Assembly (NCBI RefSeq): GCF_033153115.1
Contig: NW_026889772.1
Coordinates: forward strand, 5,704,001-5,768,000
DNA from: Saccostrea echinata
Taxonomy: Eukaryota
Length of the DNA: 64,000 nucleotides
Direction: 5' to 3'
Shown: positions 62,900-64,000 of the stretch, in pieces
Layout of the letters: each line of letters begins with the position of its first letter
Position numbering within the stretch: position 1 is the first letter of the stretch
Notes under the pieces: model-generated
What the model was told of the DNA's origin: nothing
Databases searched by the model: none
The model's input: only the letters and a program-made list of their open reading frames with translations
Made by a program: the position numbers and the translations under genes

Positions 62900-63170
62900 C
62901 AATACACAGGACTCACGGCGGGTGTGACCGGTCAACAGGGGATGCTTACTCCTCCTGGGTACCTGATCAATACACAGGACTCACGGCGGGTGTGACCGGT
63001 CGGCAGGAGATGCTTACTCCTCCTGGGCACCTGATCAATACACAGGACTCACGGCGGGTGTGACCGGTCGGCAGGAGATGCTTACTCCTCCTGGGCACCT
63101 GATCAATACACAGGACTCACGGCGGGTGTGACCGGTCAACAGGGGATGCTTACTCCTCCTGGGCACCTCA
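62900..63170 (+). repeat. 68-bp tandem repeat x4 of the PLE 3' motif core
   Basis: Units start at 62900, 62968, 63036 and 63104. Confidence 0.95.
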
Positions 63171-63241
63171 GTGATTCCACCTCTGGAGTTTCCAGGAATC
63201 CGTATTTTATGCCCTGTTCACAGACTGGTATAGTTTGTAGG

Positions 63242-63276
<35 letters not shown>

Positions 63277-63927
63277 CCGATCACTGTTTGTTATTAAATC
63301 TTCATCCTTTTCACTATCCTTTCTTTAGTTTTTACATTGAGTTGCACGGTTATACATTAATGCACGCCCCGGCCTATACCTTCATTTTTTTTCAAAAGTA
63401 TATGTATACATACATGTACAAATGCACAGTTAATATTCTTTTTTTTTTCGTTTTTAATTAAAGAAAAAAAAACAAACTCGTTGAGGTTTTACATGATATA
63501 AATATACTAATGCTTTTTAAAGCAGCTTTTAAAAACAGTGCATGGGGGATTTAGGGGGATTTGGGGGGTCGGGAACCCTAGTTCCGCTCCCCCCCCCCCC
63601 TCGTTGTAAGATAAAAATATAAAGCCAGCACGTAACAGGAAGTCCCATATAGGTTTAGAGGGTGATATGATCCGTCGTGCAGCTTGTGGTGACACAAGGT
63701 CATAAACAAACAACCAAACAAAACTGCACAGCTACAGCATTGTTTTGGTATTGCTTTAAAGTAATTAATATTCTCCCGAGCACTTTATCTGATAATTGTT
63801 TTAACGTTATTGAACTACATGGACAAACTTTTGTTGAATTGAAATATTGCTTACAGTGTAATACAATATTTTGACAATCCAATCAGACCGTCTGACTTTA
63901 TTATTTGGAAAAGTAGTCCCTCCAGAT

Positions 63928-64000
63928 CAGGGATGGGGTAATCGTAATCGAGTAATCGTAATCGATTGTAATGATTACTTTTTTTCAAGTAATCGACAGT
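63928..64000 (+). mobile_element. Left end of a hAT-like element (truncated by window)
   Basis: CAGGGATGGGG followed by GTAATC repeats. Confidence 0.5.

Larger units (their letters stand above)
60920..63300 (+). mobile_element. Naiad-type PLE interrupted by a MITE and a footprint, with a quadruplicated 3' motif
   Basis: [23 protein letters not shown] remnants. The element resumes at 62579 (SNIPLS.AYG) and runs to the 3' motif repeats. Confidence 0.75.

Overview
AT-rich, intron-containing animal genomic DNA. It is most likely an oyster (Ostreidae); this is inferred from Cg170-like ~166-bp satellite units, Meta+Deu tRNA-SINEs and abundant Naiad-type Penelope-like retroelement fragments. Most ORFs in the supplied track are spurious, so real genes were rebuilt by hand from GT/AG splice sites and exon phase. 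Genes found: (1) a 12-exon type I membrane receptor, SP-EGF-C-type lectin (EPN/WND)-5xEGF-TM-tail, ~433 aa, 37380-49654 (+); (2) a 4-exon PAN/apple-domain membrane protein, 52645-54093 (-), with a stop at codon 4; (3) an intronless divergent class A GPCR, 57990-59033 (-); (4) three, possibly four, orphan small secreted-peptide genes in the first 29 kb. The rest is dense with mobile DNA: about 14 Naiad-like PLE fragments, SINEs, Helentron/HINE-satellite pieces, TA-, 4-bp- and hAT-type MITEs, a young non-autonomous LTR element, a mariner relic and minisatellites. The most interesting unexplained signals are a covarying, probably pseudoknotted ~110-nt RNA motif at the 3' end of the Naiad-like copies, three sequence-unrelated elements sharing one long-hairpin + short-IR + TGACGTCA architecture, a tRNA-headed 340-bp tandem unit next to a hammerhead-like repeat, and a probable P-type excision footprint. 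All structure and family calls were made by eye and need computational confirmation.
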